64,000 bases of DNA, taken from NCBI GenBank assembly GCA_043228905.1, contig JBHGNT010000042.1, positions 1 through 64,000 on the forward strand, in the 5' to 3' direction. The position numbers were made by a program, and so were the translations under genes. Positions 24,901 to 39,900 of this stretch are shown one piece after another. Within the stretch, counting starts at the first letter, position 1. Every line of letters starts with the position of its first letter. Origin of the DNA: Azolla caroliniana. Its lineage: Eukaryota > Plantae > Polypodiophyta. The notes beneath the pieces are model-generated. The model ran no database searches and was not told the origin of the DNA. It saw only the letters and a list, made by a program, of their open reading frames with translations.

Positions 24901-27900
24901 ATACCTGGCTCGTGTGATATCGGATTTCTGTGTTCAAACATGCGAATCGAAGCTAACAACGGTAGCTCTAATATTAAATTAAAAAATCAAGATTTTGAAA
25001 CTCAGGTCCAGAGACATGAAGAAATTAGCAAATTTGAGGAGGAAGTGGAGAAGAGCGCGTCAGTAAATTAAAATGTTCATACCTGGCTCGTGTGATATCG
25101 GATTTCGGTGTTCGAAAATGCGAATCGAAGCTAACAACGCTATCTCTAATATGGAATTAGAAAATGAAGATTTTGAAACTCAGGTCAAGAGACATGAAGA
25201 AATTAGCATATTTGAGGAGGAAGTTGAGAAGAGCGAGTCAGTAAATTAAAATGTTCATACCTTGCTCGGGTGATATCGGATTTCGGTGTTCAAACATGCG
25301 AATCGAAGCTAACAACGCTAGCTATGATATAGAATTACAAAATCAAGATTTTAAAACTCAGCTCGAGAGACATGAATAAATTAGCGAATTTGAGGAGGTA
25401 GTGGAGAAGAGCGCGTTAGTAAATTAAAATGTTCATACCTGGCTTGTGTGATATCGGATTTCTATGTTCAAACATGCGAATCAAACCTAACAAGGCTAGC
25501 TCTAATATGGAATTCAAAAATCAAGATTTTGAAACTCAGGTCCAGAGACATGAAGAAATTAGCAAATTTGAGGAGGAAGTGGAGAAGAGCGCGTTAGTAA
25601 ATTAAAATGTTCATACCTGGCTCGTGTGATATCGGATTTCTGTGTTCAAACATGCGAATCGAAGCTAACAACGCTATCTCTAATATGGAATTAAAAAATC
25701 AAGATTTTGAAACTCAGGTCCAGAGACATGAAGAAATTAGCAAATTTGAGGAGGAAGTGGAGAAGAGCGCGTTAGTAAATGAAAATGTTCATACCTGGCT
25801 CGTGTGATATCGGATTTCTGTGTTCAAACATGCGAATCGAAGCTAACAACGCTATCTCTAATATGGAATTAAAAAATCAAGATTTTGAAACTCAGGTCGA
25901 GAGACATGAAGAAATTAGCAAATTTGAGGAGGAAGTGGAGAAGATCGCGTTTGTAAATTAAAATGTTCATACCTGGCTCGTGTGATATCGGATTTCGGTG
26001 TTCAAACATGCGAATCGAAGCTAACAACGCTATCTCTAATATGGAATTAGAAAATGAAGATTTTGAAACTCAGGTCAAGAGACATGAAGAAATTAGCAAA
26101 TTTGAGGAGGTAGTGGAGAAGAGCGCGTTAGTAAATTAAAATGTTCATACCTGGCTCGTGTGATATCGGATTTCTGTGTTCAAACATGCGAATCGAAGCT
26201 AATAACGCTAGCTCTAATATGGAATTAAAAAATCAAGATTTTGAAACTCAGGTCGAGAGACATGAAGAAATTAGCAAATTTGAGGAGGTAGTGAAGAAGA
26301 GCCTGTTAGTAAATTAAAATATTCATACCTGGCTCGTGTGATATCGGATTTTTGTGTTTAAACATGCGAATCGAAGCTAACAACGCTAGCTATGATATGG
26401 AATTAAAAAATCAAGATTTTGAAACTCAGGTCCAGAGACATGAAGAAATTTGCAAATTTGAGGAGGTAGTGGAGAAGAGCGCGTTAGTAAATTATAATGT
26501 TCATACCTGGCTCGTGTGATATCGGATTTCTGTGCTCAAACATGCGAATCGAAGCTAACAACGCTAGCTCTAATATGGAATTAAAAAATCAAGATTTTGA
26601 AACTCAGGTCGAGAGACATGAAGAAATTAGCAAATTTGAGGAGGTAGTGAAGAAGAGCCTGTTAGTAAATTAAAATGTTTATACCTGGCTCGTGTGATAT
26701 CGGATTTTTGTGTTTAAACATGCGAATCGAAGCTAACAACGCTAGCTATGATATGGAATTAAAAAATCAAGATTTTGAAACTCAGGTCGAGAGACATGAA
26801 GAAATTTGCAAACTTGAGGAGGTAGTGGAGAAGAGCGCGTTAGTAAATTATAATATGGAATCGAAAAAACAAGATTTTGAAACTCAGGTCCAGAGACATG
26901 AAGAAATTAGCAAATTTGAGGAGGAAGTGGAGAAGATCACGTTTGTAAATTAAAATGTTCATACCTGGCTCGTGTGATATCGGATTTCTGTGTTCAAACA
27001 TGCGAATCGAAGCTAACAACGCTAGCTCTAATATTGAATTAAAAAATCAAGATTTTGAAACTCAGGTCGAGAGACATGAAGAAATTAGCAAATTTGAGGA
27101 GGTAGTGGAGAAGATCGCGTTTGTAAATTAAAATGTTTATACCTGGCTCGTTTGATATCGGATTTCTATGTTCAAACATGCGACTCGAAGCTAACAACGC
27201 TAGCTCTAATATGGAATTAAAAAATCAAGATTTTGAAACTCAGGTCGAGAGACATGACGAAATTAGCATATTTGAGGAGGAAGTTGAGAAGAACGAGTCA
27301 GTAAATTAAAATGTTCATACCTGGCTCGTGTGATATCGGATTTCGGTGTTCAAACATGCGAATCGAAGCTAACAACGCTAGCTATGATATGGAATTACAA
27401 AATCAAGATTTTAAAACTCAGCTCGAGAGACATGAATAAATTAGCGAATTTGAGGAGGTAGTGGAGAAGAGCGCGTTAGTAAATTAAAATGTTCATCCCT
27501 GGCTCGTGTGATATCAGATTTCTGTTTTCAAACATGCGAATCGAAGCTAACAACGCTAGCTATGATATGGAATTAAAAAATCAAGATTTTGAAACTCAGG
27601 TCGAGAGACATGAAGAAATTAGCAAATTTGAGGAGGTAGTGGAGAAGATCGCGTTTGTAAATTAAAATGTTCATACCTGGCTCGTGTGATATCGGATTTC
27701 TGTGTTCAAACATGCAAATCGAAGCTAACAACGGTAGCTCTAATATTAAATTAAAAAATCAAGATTTTGAAACTCAGGTCCAGAGACATGAAGAAATTAG
27801 CAAATTTGAGGAGGAAGTGGAGAAGAGCGCGTCAGTAAATTAAAATGTTCATACCTGGCTCGTGTGATATCGGATTTCGGTGTTCGAAAATGCGAATCGA

Positions 27901-30900
27901 AGCTAACAACGCTATCTCTAATATGGAATTAGAAAATGAAGATTTTGAAACTCAGGTCAAGAGACATGAAGAAATTAGCATATTTGAGGAGGAAGTTGAG
28001 AAGAGCGAGTCAGTAAATTAAAATGTTCATACCTTGCTCGGGTGATATCGGATTTCGGTGTTCAAACATGCGAATCGAAGCTAACAACGCTAGCTATGAT
28101 ATAGAATTACAAAATCAAGATTTTAAAACTCAGCTCGAGAGACATGAATAAATTAGCGAATTTGAGGAGGTAGTGGAGAAGAGCGCGTTAGTAAATTAAA
28201 ATGTTCATACCTGGCTCGTGTGATATCGGATTTCTATGTTCAAACATGCGAATCAAACCTAACAAGGCTAGCTCTAATATGGAATTCAAAAATCAAGATT
28301 TTGAAACTCAGGTCCAGAGACATGAAGAAATTAGCAAATTTGAGGAGGAAGTGGAGAAGAGCGTGTTAGTAAATTAAAATGTTCATACCTGGCTCGTGTG
28401 ATATCGGATTTCTGTGTTCAAACATGCGAATCGAAGCTAACAACGCTATCTCTAATATGGAATTAAAAAATCAAGATTTTGAAACTCAGGTCCAGAGACA
28501 TGAAGAAATTAGCAAATTTGAGGAGGAAGTGGAGAAGAGCGCGTTAGTAAATGAAAATGTTCATACCTGGCTCGTGTGATATCGGATTTCTGTGTTCAAA
28601 CATGCGAATCGAAGCTAACAACGCTATCTCTAATATGGAATTAAAAAATCAAGATTTTGAAACTCAGGTCGAGAGACATGAAGAAATTAGCAAATTTGAG
28701 GAGGAAGTGGAGAAGATCGCGTTTGTAAATTAAAATGTTCATACCTGGCTCGTGTGATATCGGATTTCGGTGTTCAAACATGCGAATCGAAGCTAACAAC
28801 GCTATCTCTAATATGGAATTAGAAAATGAAGATTTTGAAACTCAGGTCAAGAGACATGAAGAAATTAGCAAATTTGAGGAGGTAGTGGAGAAGAGCGCGT
28901 TAGTAAATTAAAATGTTCATACCTGGCTCGTGTGATATCGGATTTCTGTGTTCAAACATGCGAATCGAAGCTAATAACGCTAGCTCTAATATGGAATTAA
29001 AAAATCAAGATTTTGAAACTCAGGTCGAGAGACATGAAGAAATTAGCGAATTTGAGGAGGTAGTGGAGAAGAGCGCGTTAGTAAATTATAATATGGAATC
29101 GAAAAAACAAGATTTTGAAACTCAGGTCCAGAGACATGAAGAAATTAGCAAATTTGAGGAGGAAGTGGAGAAGATCACGTTTGTAAATTAAAATGTTCAT
29201 ACCTGGCTCGTGTGATATCGGATTTCTGTGTTCAAACATGCGAATCGAAGCTAACAACGCTAGCTCTAATATTGAATTAAAAAATCAAGATTTTGAAACT
29301 CAGGTCGAGAGACATGAAGAAATTAGCATATTTGAGGAGGAAGTTGAGAAGAGCGAGTCAGTAAATTAAAATGTTCATACCTGTCTCGTGTGATATCGGA
29401 TTTCTGTGTTCAAACATGCGAATCGAAGCTAACAACGCTAGCTCTAATATTGAATTAAAAAATCAAGATTTTGAAACTCAGGTCGAGAGACATGAAGAAA
29501 TTAGCATATTTGAGGAGGAAGTTGAGAAGAGCGAGTCAAGTAAATTAAAATGTTCATACCTGGCTCGAGTGATATCGGATTTCGGTGTTCAAACATGCGA
29601 ATCGAAGCTAACAACGCTAGCTATGATATGGAATTACAAAATCAAGATTTTAAAACTCAACTCGAGAGACATGAATAAATTAGCGAATTTGAGGAGGTAG
29701 TGGAGAAGAGCGCGTTAGTAAATTAAAATGTTCATACCTGGCTCGTGTGATATCGGATTTCTGTGTTCAAACATGCGAATCGAAGCTAACAACGCTATCT
29801 CTAATATGGAATTAAAAAATCAAGATTTTGAAACTCAGGTCCAGAGACATGAAGAAATTAGCAAATTTGAGGAGGTAGTGGAGAAGATCACGTTTGTAAA
29901 TTAAAATGTTCATACCTGGCTCGTGTGATATCGGATTTCTATGTTCAAACATGCGAATCGAAGCTAACAACGCTAGCTCTAATATTTAATTAAAAAATCA
30001 AGATTTTGAAACTCAGGTCGAGAGACATGAAGAAATTAGCAAATTTGAGGAGGTAGTGGAGAAGATCGCGTTTGTAAATTAAAATGTTTATACCTGGCTC
30101 GTTTGATATCGGATTTCTATGTTCAAACATGCGACTCGAAGCTAACAACGCTAGCTCTAATATGGAATTAAAAAATCAAGATTTTGAAACTCAGGTCGAG
30201 AGACATGACGAAATTAGCATATTTGAGGAGGAAGTTGAGAAGAACGAGTCAGTAAATTAAAATGTTCATACCTGGCTCGTGTGATATCGGATTTCGGTGT
30301 TCAAACATGCGAATCGAAGCTGACAACGCTAGCTATGATATGGAATTACAAAATCAAGATTTTAAAACTCAGCTCGAGAGACATGAATAAATTAGCGAAT
30401 TTGAGGAGGTAGTGGAGAAGAGCGCGTTAGTAAATTAAAATGTTCATCCCTGGCTCGTGTGATATCGGATTTCTGTTTTCAAACATGCGAATCGAAGCTA
30501 ACAACGCTAGCTATGATATGGAATTAAAAAATCAAGATTTTGAAACTCAGGTCGAGAGACATGAAGAAATTAGCAAATTTGAGGAGGTAGTGGAGAAGAT
30601 CGCGTTTGTAAATTAAAATGTTCATACCTGGCTCGTGTGATATCGGATTTCTGTGTTCAAACATGCGAATCGAAGCTAACAACGCTAGCTCTAATATTGA
30701 ATTAAAAAATCAAGATTTTGAAACTCAGGTCGAGAGACATGAAGAAATTAGCATATTTGAGGAGGAAGTTGAGAAGAGTGCGTTAGTAAATTAAAATGTT
30801 CATACCTTGCTCTTGTGATATCGGATTTCGGTGTTCAAACATGCGAATCGAAGCTAACAACGCTAGCTATGATATAGAATTACAAAATCAAGATTTTAAA

Positions 30901-33900
30901 ACTCAGCTCGAGAGACATGAATAAATTAGCGAATTTGAGGAGGTAGTGGAGAAGAGCGCGTTAGTAAATTAAAATGTTCATACCTGGCTCGTGTGATATC
31001 GGATTTCTATGTTCAAACATGCGAATCAAACCTAACAACGCTAGCTCTAATATGGAATTCAAAAATCAAGATTTTGAAACTCAGGTCCAGAGACATGAAG
31101 AAATTAGCAAATTTGAGGAGGAAGTGGAGAAGAGCGTGTTAGTAAATTAAAATGTTCATACCTGGCTCGTGTGATATCGGATTTCTGTGTTCAAACATGC
31201 GAATCGAAGCTAACAACGCTATCTCTAATATGGAATTAAAAAATCAAGATTTTGAAACTCAGGTCAAGAGACATGAAGAAATTAGCAAATTTGAGGAGGT
31301 AGTGGAGAAGAGCGCGTTAGTAAATTAAAATGTTCATACCTGGCTCGTGTGATATCGGATTTCTGCGTTCAAACATGCGAATCGAAGCTAACAACGCTAC
31401 CTCTAATATGGAATTCAAAAATCAAGATTTTGAAACTCAGGTCCAGAGACATGAAGAAATTAGCAAATTTGAGGAGGAAGTGGAGAAGAGCGCGTTAGTA
31501 AATTAAAATGTTCATACCTGGCTCGTGTGATATCGGATTTCTGTGTTCAAACATGCGAATCGAAGCTAACAACGCTATCTCTAATATGGAATTAAAAAAT
31601 CAAGATTTTGAAACTCAGGTCGAGAGACATGACGAAATTAGCATATTTGAGGAGGAAGTTGAGAAGAACGAGTCAGTAAATTAAAATGTTCATACCTGGC
31701 TCGTGTGATATCGGATTTCGGTGTTCAAACATGCGAATCGAAGCTAACAACGCTAGCTATGATATGGAATTACAAAATCAAGATTTTAAAACTCAGCTCG
31801 AGAGACATGAATAAATTAGCGAATTTGAGGAGGTAGTGGAGAAGAGCGCGTTAGTAAATTAAAATGTTCATCCCTGGCTCGTGTGATATCGGATTTCTGT
31901 TTTCAAACATGCGAATCGAAGCTAACAACGCTAGCTATGATATGGAATTAAAAAATCAAGATTTTGAAACTCAGGTCGAGAGACATGAACAAATTAGCAA
32001 ATTTGAGGAGGTAGTGAAGAAGAGCCTGTTAGTAAATTAAAATGTTCATACCTGGCTCGTGTGATATCGGATTTTTGTGTTTAAACATGCGAATCGAAGC
32101 TAACAACGCTAGCTATGATATGGAATTAAAAAATCAAGATTTTGAAACTCAGGTCGAGAGACATGAAGAAATTTGCAAATTTGAGGAGGTAGTGGAGAAG
32201 AGCGCGTTAGTAAATTATAATATGGAATCGAAAAAACAAGATTTTGAAACTCAGGTCCAGAGACATGAAGAAATTAGCAAATTTGAGGAGGAAGTGGAGA
32301 AGATCACGTTTGTAAATTAAAATGTTCATACCTGGCTCGTGTGATATCGGATTTCTGTGTTCAAACATGCGAATCGAAGCTAACAACGCTAGCTCTAATA
32401 TTGAATTAAAAAATCAAGATTTTGAAACTCAGGTCGAGAGACATGAAGAAATCAGCATATTTGAGGAGGAAGTTGAGAAGAGCGAGTCAGTAAATTAAAA
32501 TGTTCATACCTTGCTCGGGTGATATCGGATTTCGGTGTTCAAACATGCGAATCGAAGCTAACAACGCTAGCTCTAATATGGAATTAAAAAATCAAGATTT
32601 TGAAACTCAGGTCGAGAGACATGAAGAAATTAGCATATTTGAGGAGGAAGTTGAGAAGAACGAGTCAGTAAATTAAAATGTTCATACCTGGCTCGTGTGA
32701 TATCGGATTTCTGTGTTCAAACATGCGAATCGAAGCTAACAACGCTAGCTCTAATATTGAATTAAAAAATCAAGATTTTGAAACTCAGGTCAAGAGACAT
32801 GAAGAAATTAGCAAATTTGAGGAGGAAGTGGAGAAGAGCGAGTCAGTAAATTAAAATGTTCATACCTTGCTCGTTTGATATCGGATTTCTGTGTTCAAAC
32901 GCTAGCTCTAATATGGAATTAAAAAATCAAGATTTTGAAACTCAGGTCGAGAGACATGAAGAAATTAGCATATTTGAGGAGGAAGTTGAGAAGAACGAGT
33001 CAGTAAATTAAAATGTTCATACCTGGCTCGTGTGATATCGGATTTCGGTGTTCAAACATGCGAATCGAAGCTAACAACGCTAGCTATGATATGGAATTAC
33101 AAAATCAAGATTTTAAAACTCAGCTCGAGAGACATTAATAAATTAGCAAATTTGAGGAGGTAGTGGAGAAGAGCGCGTTAGTAAATTAAAATGTTCATAC
33201 CTGGCTCGTGTGATATCGGATTTCTGTGTTCAAACATGCGAATCCAACCTAACAACGCTAGCTCTAATATGGAATTCAAAAATCAAGATTTCGAAACTCA
33301 GGTCCAGAGACATGAAAATTAAAATGTTGAGAAGAACGAGTCAGTAAATTAACATGTTCATACCTGGCTCGTGTGATATCGGATTTCTGTGTTCAAACAT
33401 GCGAATCGAAGCTAACAACGCTATCTCTAATATGGAATTAAAAAATCAAGATTTTGAAACTCAGGTCGAGAGACATGAAGAAATTAGCAAATTTGAGGAG
33501 GTAGTGGAGAAGATCGCGTTTGTAAATTAAAATGTTCATACCTGGCTCGTGTGATATCGGATTTCTATGTTCAAACATGCGAATCGAAGCTAACAACGCT
33601 AGCTCTAATATTTAATTAAAAAATCAAGATTTTGAAACTCAGGTCGAGAGACATGAAGAAATTAGCAAATTTGAGGAGGTAGTGGAGAAGATCGCGTTTG
33701 TAAATTAAAATGTTTATACCTGGCTCGTTTGATATCGGATTTCTATGTTCAAACATGCGACTCCAAGCTAACAACGCTAGCTCTAATATGGAATTAAAAA
33801 ATCAAGATTTTGAAACTCAGGTCGAGAGACATGACGAAATTAGCATATTTGAGGAGGAAGTTGAGAAGAACGAGTCAGTAAATAAAAATGTTCATACCTG

Positions 33901-36900
33901 GCTCGTGTGATATCGGATTTCGGTGTTCAAACATGCGAATCGAAGCTAACAACGCTAGCTATGATATGGAATTACAAAATCAAGATTTTAAAACTCAGCT
34001 CGAGAGACATGAATAAATTAGCGAATTTGAGGAGGTAGTGGAGAAGAGCGCGTTAGTAAATTAAAATGTTCATCCCTGGCTCGTGTGATATCAGATTTCT
34101 GTTTTCAAACATGCGAATCGAAGCTAACAACGCTAGCTATGATATGGAATTAAAAAATCAAGATTTTGAAACTCAGGTCGAGAGACATGAAGAAATTAGC
34201 AAATTTGAGGAGGTAGTGGAGAAGATCGCGTTTGTAAATTAAAATGTTCATACCTGGCTCGTGTGATATCGGATTTCTGTGTTCAAACATGCGAATCGAA
34301 GCTAACAACGGTAGCTCTAATATTAAATTAAAAAATCAAGATTTTGAAACTCAGGTCAGGAGACATGAAGAAATTAGCAAATTTGAGGAGGTAGTGGAGA
34401 AGAGCGCGTTCGTAAATGAAAATGTTCATACCTGGCTCGTGTGATATCGGATTTCTGTGTTCAACCATGCGAATCGAAGCTAACAACGCTATCTCTAATA
34501 AGGAATTAAAAAATCAAGATTTTGAAACTCAGGTCGAGAGACATGAAGAAATTAGCAAATTTGAGGAGGAAGTGGAGAAGAGCGCGTTAGTAAATTAAAA
34601 TGTTCATACCTGGCTCGTGTGATATCGGATTTCTGTGTTCAAACATGCGAATCGAAGCTAACAACGCTAGCTCTAATATGGAATTAAAAAATCAAGATTT
34701 TGAAACTCAGGTCGAGAGACATGAAGAAATTAGCATATTTGAGGAGGAAGTTGAGAAGAACGAGTCAGTAAATTAAAATGTTCATACCTGGCTCGTGTGA
34801 TATCGGATTTCTGTGTTCAAACATGCGAATCGAAGCTAACAACGCTAGCTCTAATATTGAATTAAAAAATCAAGATTTTGAAACTCAGGTCAAGAGACAT
34901 GAAGAAATTAGCAAATTTGAGGAGGAAGTGGAGAAGAGCGAGTCAGTAAATTAAAATGTTCATACCTTGCTCGTTTGATATCGGATTTCTGTGTTCAAAC
35001 GCTAGCTCTAATATGGAATTAAAAAATCAAGATTTTGAAACTCAGGTCGAGAGACATGAAGAAATTAGCATATTTGAGGAGGAAGTTGAGAAGAACGAGT
35101 CAGTAAATTAAAATGTTCATACCTGGCTCGTGTGATATCGGATTTCGGTGTTCAAACATGCGAATCGAAGCTAACAACGCTAGCTATGATATGGAATTAC
35201 AAAATCAAGATTTTAAAACTCAGCTCGAGAGACATTAATAAATTAGCAAATTTGAGGAGGTAGTGGAGAAGAGCGCGTTAGTAAATTAAAATGTTCATAC
35301 CTGGCTCGTGTGATATCGGATTTCTGTGTTCAAACATGCGAATCCAACCTAACAACGCTAGCTCTAATATGGAATTCAAAAATCAAGATTTCGAAACTCA
35401 GGTCCAGAGACATGAAAATTAAAATGTTGAGAAGAACGAGTCAGTAAATTAACATGTTCATACCTGGCTCGTGTGATATCGGATTTCTGTGTTCAAACAT
35501 GCGAATCGAAGCTAACAACGCTATCTCTAATATGGAATTAAAAAATCAAGATTTTGAAACTCAGGTCGAGAGACATGAAGAAATTAGCAAATTTGAGGAG
35601 GTAGTGGAGAAGATCGCGTTTGTAAATTAAAATGTTCATACCTGGCTCGTGTGATATCGGATTTCTATGTTCAAACATGCGAATCGAAGCTAACAACGCT
35701 AGCTCTAATATTTAATTAAAAAATCAAGATTTTGAAACTCAGGTCGAGAGACATGAAGAAATTAGCAAATTTGAGGAGGTAGTGGAGAAGATCGCGTTTG
35801 TAAATTAAAATGTTTATACCTGGCTCGTTTGATATCGGATTTCTATGTTCAAACATGCGACTCAAAGCTAACAACGCTAGCTCTAATATGGAATTAAAAA
35901 ATCAAGATTTTGAAACTCAGGTCGAGAGACATGACGAAATTAGCATATTTGAGGAGGAAGTTGAGAAGAACGAGTCAGTAAATTAAAATGTTCATACCTG
36001 GCTCGTGTGATATCGGATTTCGGTGTTCAAACATGCGAATCGAAGCTAACAACGCTAGCTATGATATGGAATTACAAAATCAAGATTTTAAAACTCAGCT
36101 CGAGAGACATGAATAAATTAGCGAATTTGAGGAGGTAGTGGAGAAGAGCGCGTTAGTAAATTAAAATGTTCATCCCTGGCTCGTGTGATATCAGATTTCT
36201 GTTTTCAAACATGCGAATCGAAGCTAACAACGCTAGCTATGATATGGAATTAAAAAATCAAGATTTTGAAACTCAGGTCGAGAGACATGAAGAAATTAGC
36301 AAATTTGAGGAGGTAGTGGAGAAGATCGCGTTTGTAAATTAAAATGTTCATACCTGGCTCGTGTGATATCGGATTTCTGTGTTCAAACATGCGAATCGAA
36401 GCTAACAACGGTAGCTCTAATATTAAATTAAAAAATCAAGATTTTGAAACTCAGGTCCAGAGACATGAAGAAATTAGCAAATTTGAGGAGGAAGTGGAGA
36501 AGAGCGCGTCAGTAAATTAAAATGTTCATACCTGGCTCGTGTGATATCGGATTTCGGTGTTCGAAAATGCGAATCGAAGCTAACAACGCTATCTCTAATA
36601 TGGAATTAGAAAATGAAGATTTTGAAACTCAGGTCAAGAGACATGAAGAAATTAGCATATTTGAGGAGGAAGTTGAGAAGAGCGAGTCAGTAAATTAAAA
36701 TGTTCATACCTTGCTCGGGTGATATCGGATTTCGGTGTTCAAACATGCGAATCGAAGCTAACAACGCTAGCTATGATATAGAATTACAAAATCAAGATTT
36801 TAAAACTCAGCTCGAGAGACATGAATAAATTAGCGAATTTGAGGAGGTAGTGGAGAAGAGCGCGTTAGTAAATTAAAATGTTCATACCTGGCTTGTGTGA

Positions 36901-39900
36901 TATCGGATTTCTATGTTCAAACATGCGAATCAAACCTAACAAGGCTAGCTCTAATATGGAATTCAAAAATCAAGATTTTGAAACTCAGGTCCAGAGACAT
37001 GAAGAAATTAGCAAATTTGAGGAGGAAGTGGAGAAGAGCGCGTTAGTAAATTAAAATGTTCATACCTGGCTCGTGTGATATCGGATTTCTGTGTTCAAAC
37101 ATGCGAATCGAAGCTAACAACGCTATCTCTAATATGGAATTAAAAAATCAAGATTTTGAAACTCAGGTCCAGAGACATGAAGAAATTAGCAAATTTGAGG
37201 AGGAAGTGGAGAAGAGCGCGTTAGTAAATGAAAATGTTCATACCTGGCTCGTGTGATATCGGATTTCTGTGTTCAAACATGCGAATCGAAGCTAACAACG
37301 CTATCTCTAATATGGAATTAAAAAATCAAGATTTTGAAACTCAGGTCGAGAGACATGAAGAAATTAGCAAATTTGAGGAGGAAGTGGAGAAGATCGCGTT
37401 TGTAAATTAAAATGTTCATACCTGGCTCGTGTGATATCGGATTTCGGTGTTCAAACATGCGAATCGAAGCTAACAACGCTATCTCTAATATGGAATTAGA
37501 AAATGAAGATTTTGAAACTCAGGTCAAGAGACATGAAGAAATTAGCAAATTTGAGGAGGTAGTGGAGAAGAGCGCGTTAGTAAATTAAAATGTTCATACC
37601 TGGCTCGTGTGATATCGGATTTCTGTGTTCAAACATGCGAATCGAAGCTAATAACGCTAGCTCTAATATGGAATTAAAAAATCAAGATTTTGAAACTCAG
37701 GTCGAGAGACATGAAGAAATTAGCAAATTTGAGGAGGTAGTGAAGAAGAGCCTGTTAGTAAATTAAAATATTCATACCTGGCTCGTGTGATATCGGATTT
37801 TTGTGTTTAAACATGCGAATCGAAGCTAACAACGCTAGCTATGATATGGAATTAAAAAATCAAGATTTTGAAACTCAGGTCCAGAGACATGAAGAAATTT
37901 GCAAATTTGAGGAGGTAGTGGAGAAGAGCGCGTTAGTAAATTATAATGTTCATACCTGGCTCGTGTGATATCGGATTTCTGTGCTCAAACATGCGAATCG
38001 AAGCTAACAACGCTAGCTCTAATATGGAATTAAAAAATCAAGATTTTGAAACTCAGGTCGAGAGACATGAAGAAATTAGCAAATTTGAGGAGGTAGTGAA
38101 GAAGAGCCTGTTAGTAAATTAAAATGTTTATACCTGGCTCGTGTGATATCGGATTTTTGTGTTTAAACATGCGAATCGAAGCTAACAACGCTAGCTATGA
38201 TATGGAATTAAAAAATCAAGATTTTGAAACTCAGGTCGAGAGACATGAAGAAATTTGCAAACTTGAGGAGGTAGTGGAGAAGAGCGCGTTAGTAAATTAT
38301 AATATGGAATCGAAAAAACAAGATTTTGAAACTCAGGTCCAGAGACATGAAGAAATTAGCAAATTTGAGGAGGAAGTGGAGAAGATCACGTTTGTAAATT
38401 AAAATGTTCATACCTGGCTCGTGTGATATCGGATTTCTGTGTTCAAACATGCGAATCGAAGCTAACAACGCTAGCTCTAATATTGAATTAAAAAATCAAG
38501 ATTTTGAAACTCAGGTCGAGAGACATGAAGAAATTAGCAAATTTGAGGAGGTAGTGGAGAAGATCGCGTTTGTAAATTAAAATGTTTATACCTGGCTCGT
38601 TTGATATCGGATTTCTATGTTCAAACATGCGACTCGAAGCTAACAACGCTAGCTCTAATATGGAATTAAAAAATCAAGATTTTGAAACTCAGGTCGAGAG
38701 ACATGACGAAATTAGCATATTTGAGGAGGAAGTTGAGAAGAACGAGTCAGTAAATTAAAATGTTCATACCTGGCTCGTGTGATATCGGATTTCGGTGTTC
38801 AAACATGCGAATCGAAGCTAACAACGCTAGCTATGATATGGAATTACAAAATCAAGATTTTAAAACTCAGCTCGAGAGACATGAATAAATTAGCGAATTT
38901 GAGGAGGTAGTGGAGAAGAGCGCGTTAGTAAATTAAAATGTTCATCCCTGGCTCGTGTGATATCAGATTTCTGTTTTCAAACATGCGAATCGAAGCTAAC
39001 AACGCTAGCTATGATATGGAATTAAAAAATCAAGATTTTGAAACTCAGGTCGAGAGACATGAAGAAATTAGCAAATTTGAGGAGGTAGTGGAGAAGATCG
39101 CGTTTGTAAATTAAAATGTTCATACCTGGCTCGTGTGATATCGGATTTCTGTGTTCAAACATGCAAATCGAAGCTAACAACGGTAGCTCTAATATTAAAT
39201 TAAAAAATCAAGATTTTGAAACTCAGGTCCAGAGACATGAAGAAATTAGCAAATTTGAGGAGGAAGTGGAGAAGAGCGCGTCAGTAAATTAAAATGTTCA
39301 TACCTGGCTCGTGTGATATCGGATTTCGGTGTTCGAAAATGCGAATCGAAGCTAACAACGCTATCTCTAATATGGAATTAGAAAATGAAGATTTTGAAAC
39401 TCAGGTCAAGAGACATGAAGAAATTAGCATATTTGAGGAGGAAGTTGAGAAGAGCGAGTCAGTAAATTAAAATGTTCATACCTTGCTCGGGTGATATCGG
39501 ATTTCGGTGTTCAAACATGCGAATCGAAGCTAACAACGCTAGCTATGATATAGAATTACAAAATCAAGATTTTAAAACTCAGCTCGAGAGACATGAATAA
39601 ATTAGCGAATTTGAGGAGGTAGTGGAGAAGAGCGCGTTAGTAAATTAAAATGTTCATACCTGGCTCGTGTGATATCGGATTTCTATGTTCAAACATGCGA
39701 ATCAAACCTAACAAGGCTAGCTCTAATATGGAATTCAAAAATCAAGATTTTGAAACTCAGGTCCAGAGACATGAAGAAATTAGCAAATTTGAGGAGGAAG
39801 TGGAGAAGAGCGTGTTAGTAAATTAAAATGTTCATACCTGGCTCGTGTGATATCGGATTTCTGTGTTCAAACATGCGAATCGAAGCTAACAACGCTATCT

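Larger units (their letters stand above)
21086..25008. repeat. Nested ~1.8-kb duplication at 2100-bp offset (12 monomers minus 36 bp), repeated again at ~32535-36457
   Basis: 157-bp monomers at 21407/23507 and 163-bp monomers at 21742/23842; 12x178-21-15 = 2100. Confidence 0.9.

Noticed and set aside
29371-29700. 109-aa ORF (also 40820-41149)
   Set aside because: Created by a 1-bp insertion (GAGTCAAGTAAA) that shifts reading into another frame of the next monomer.
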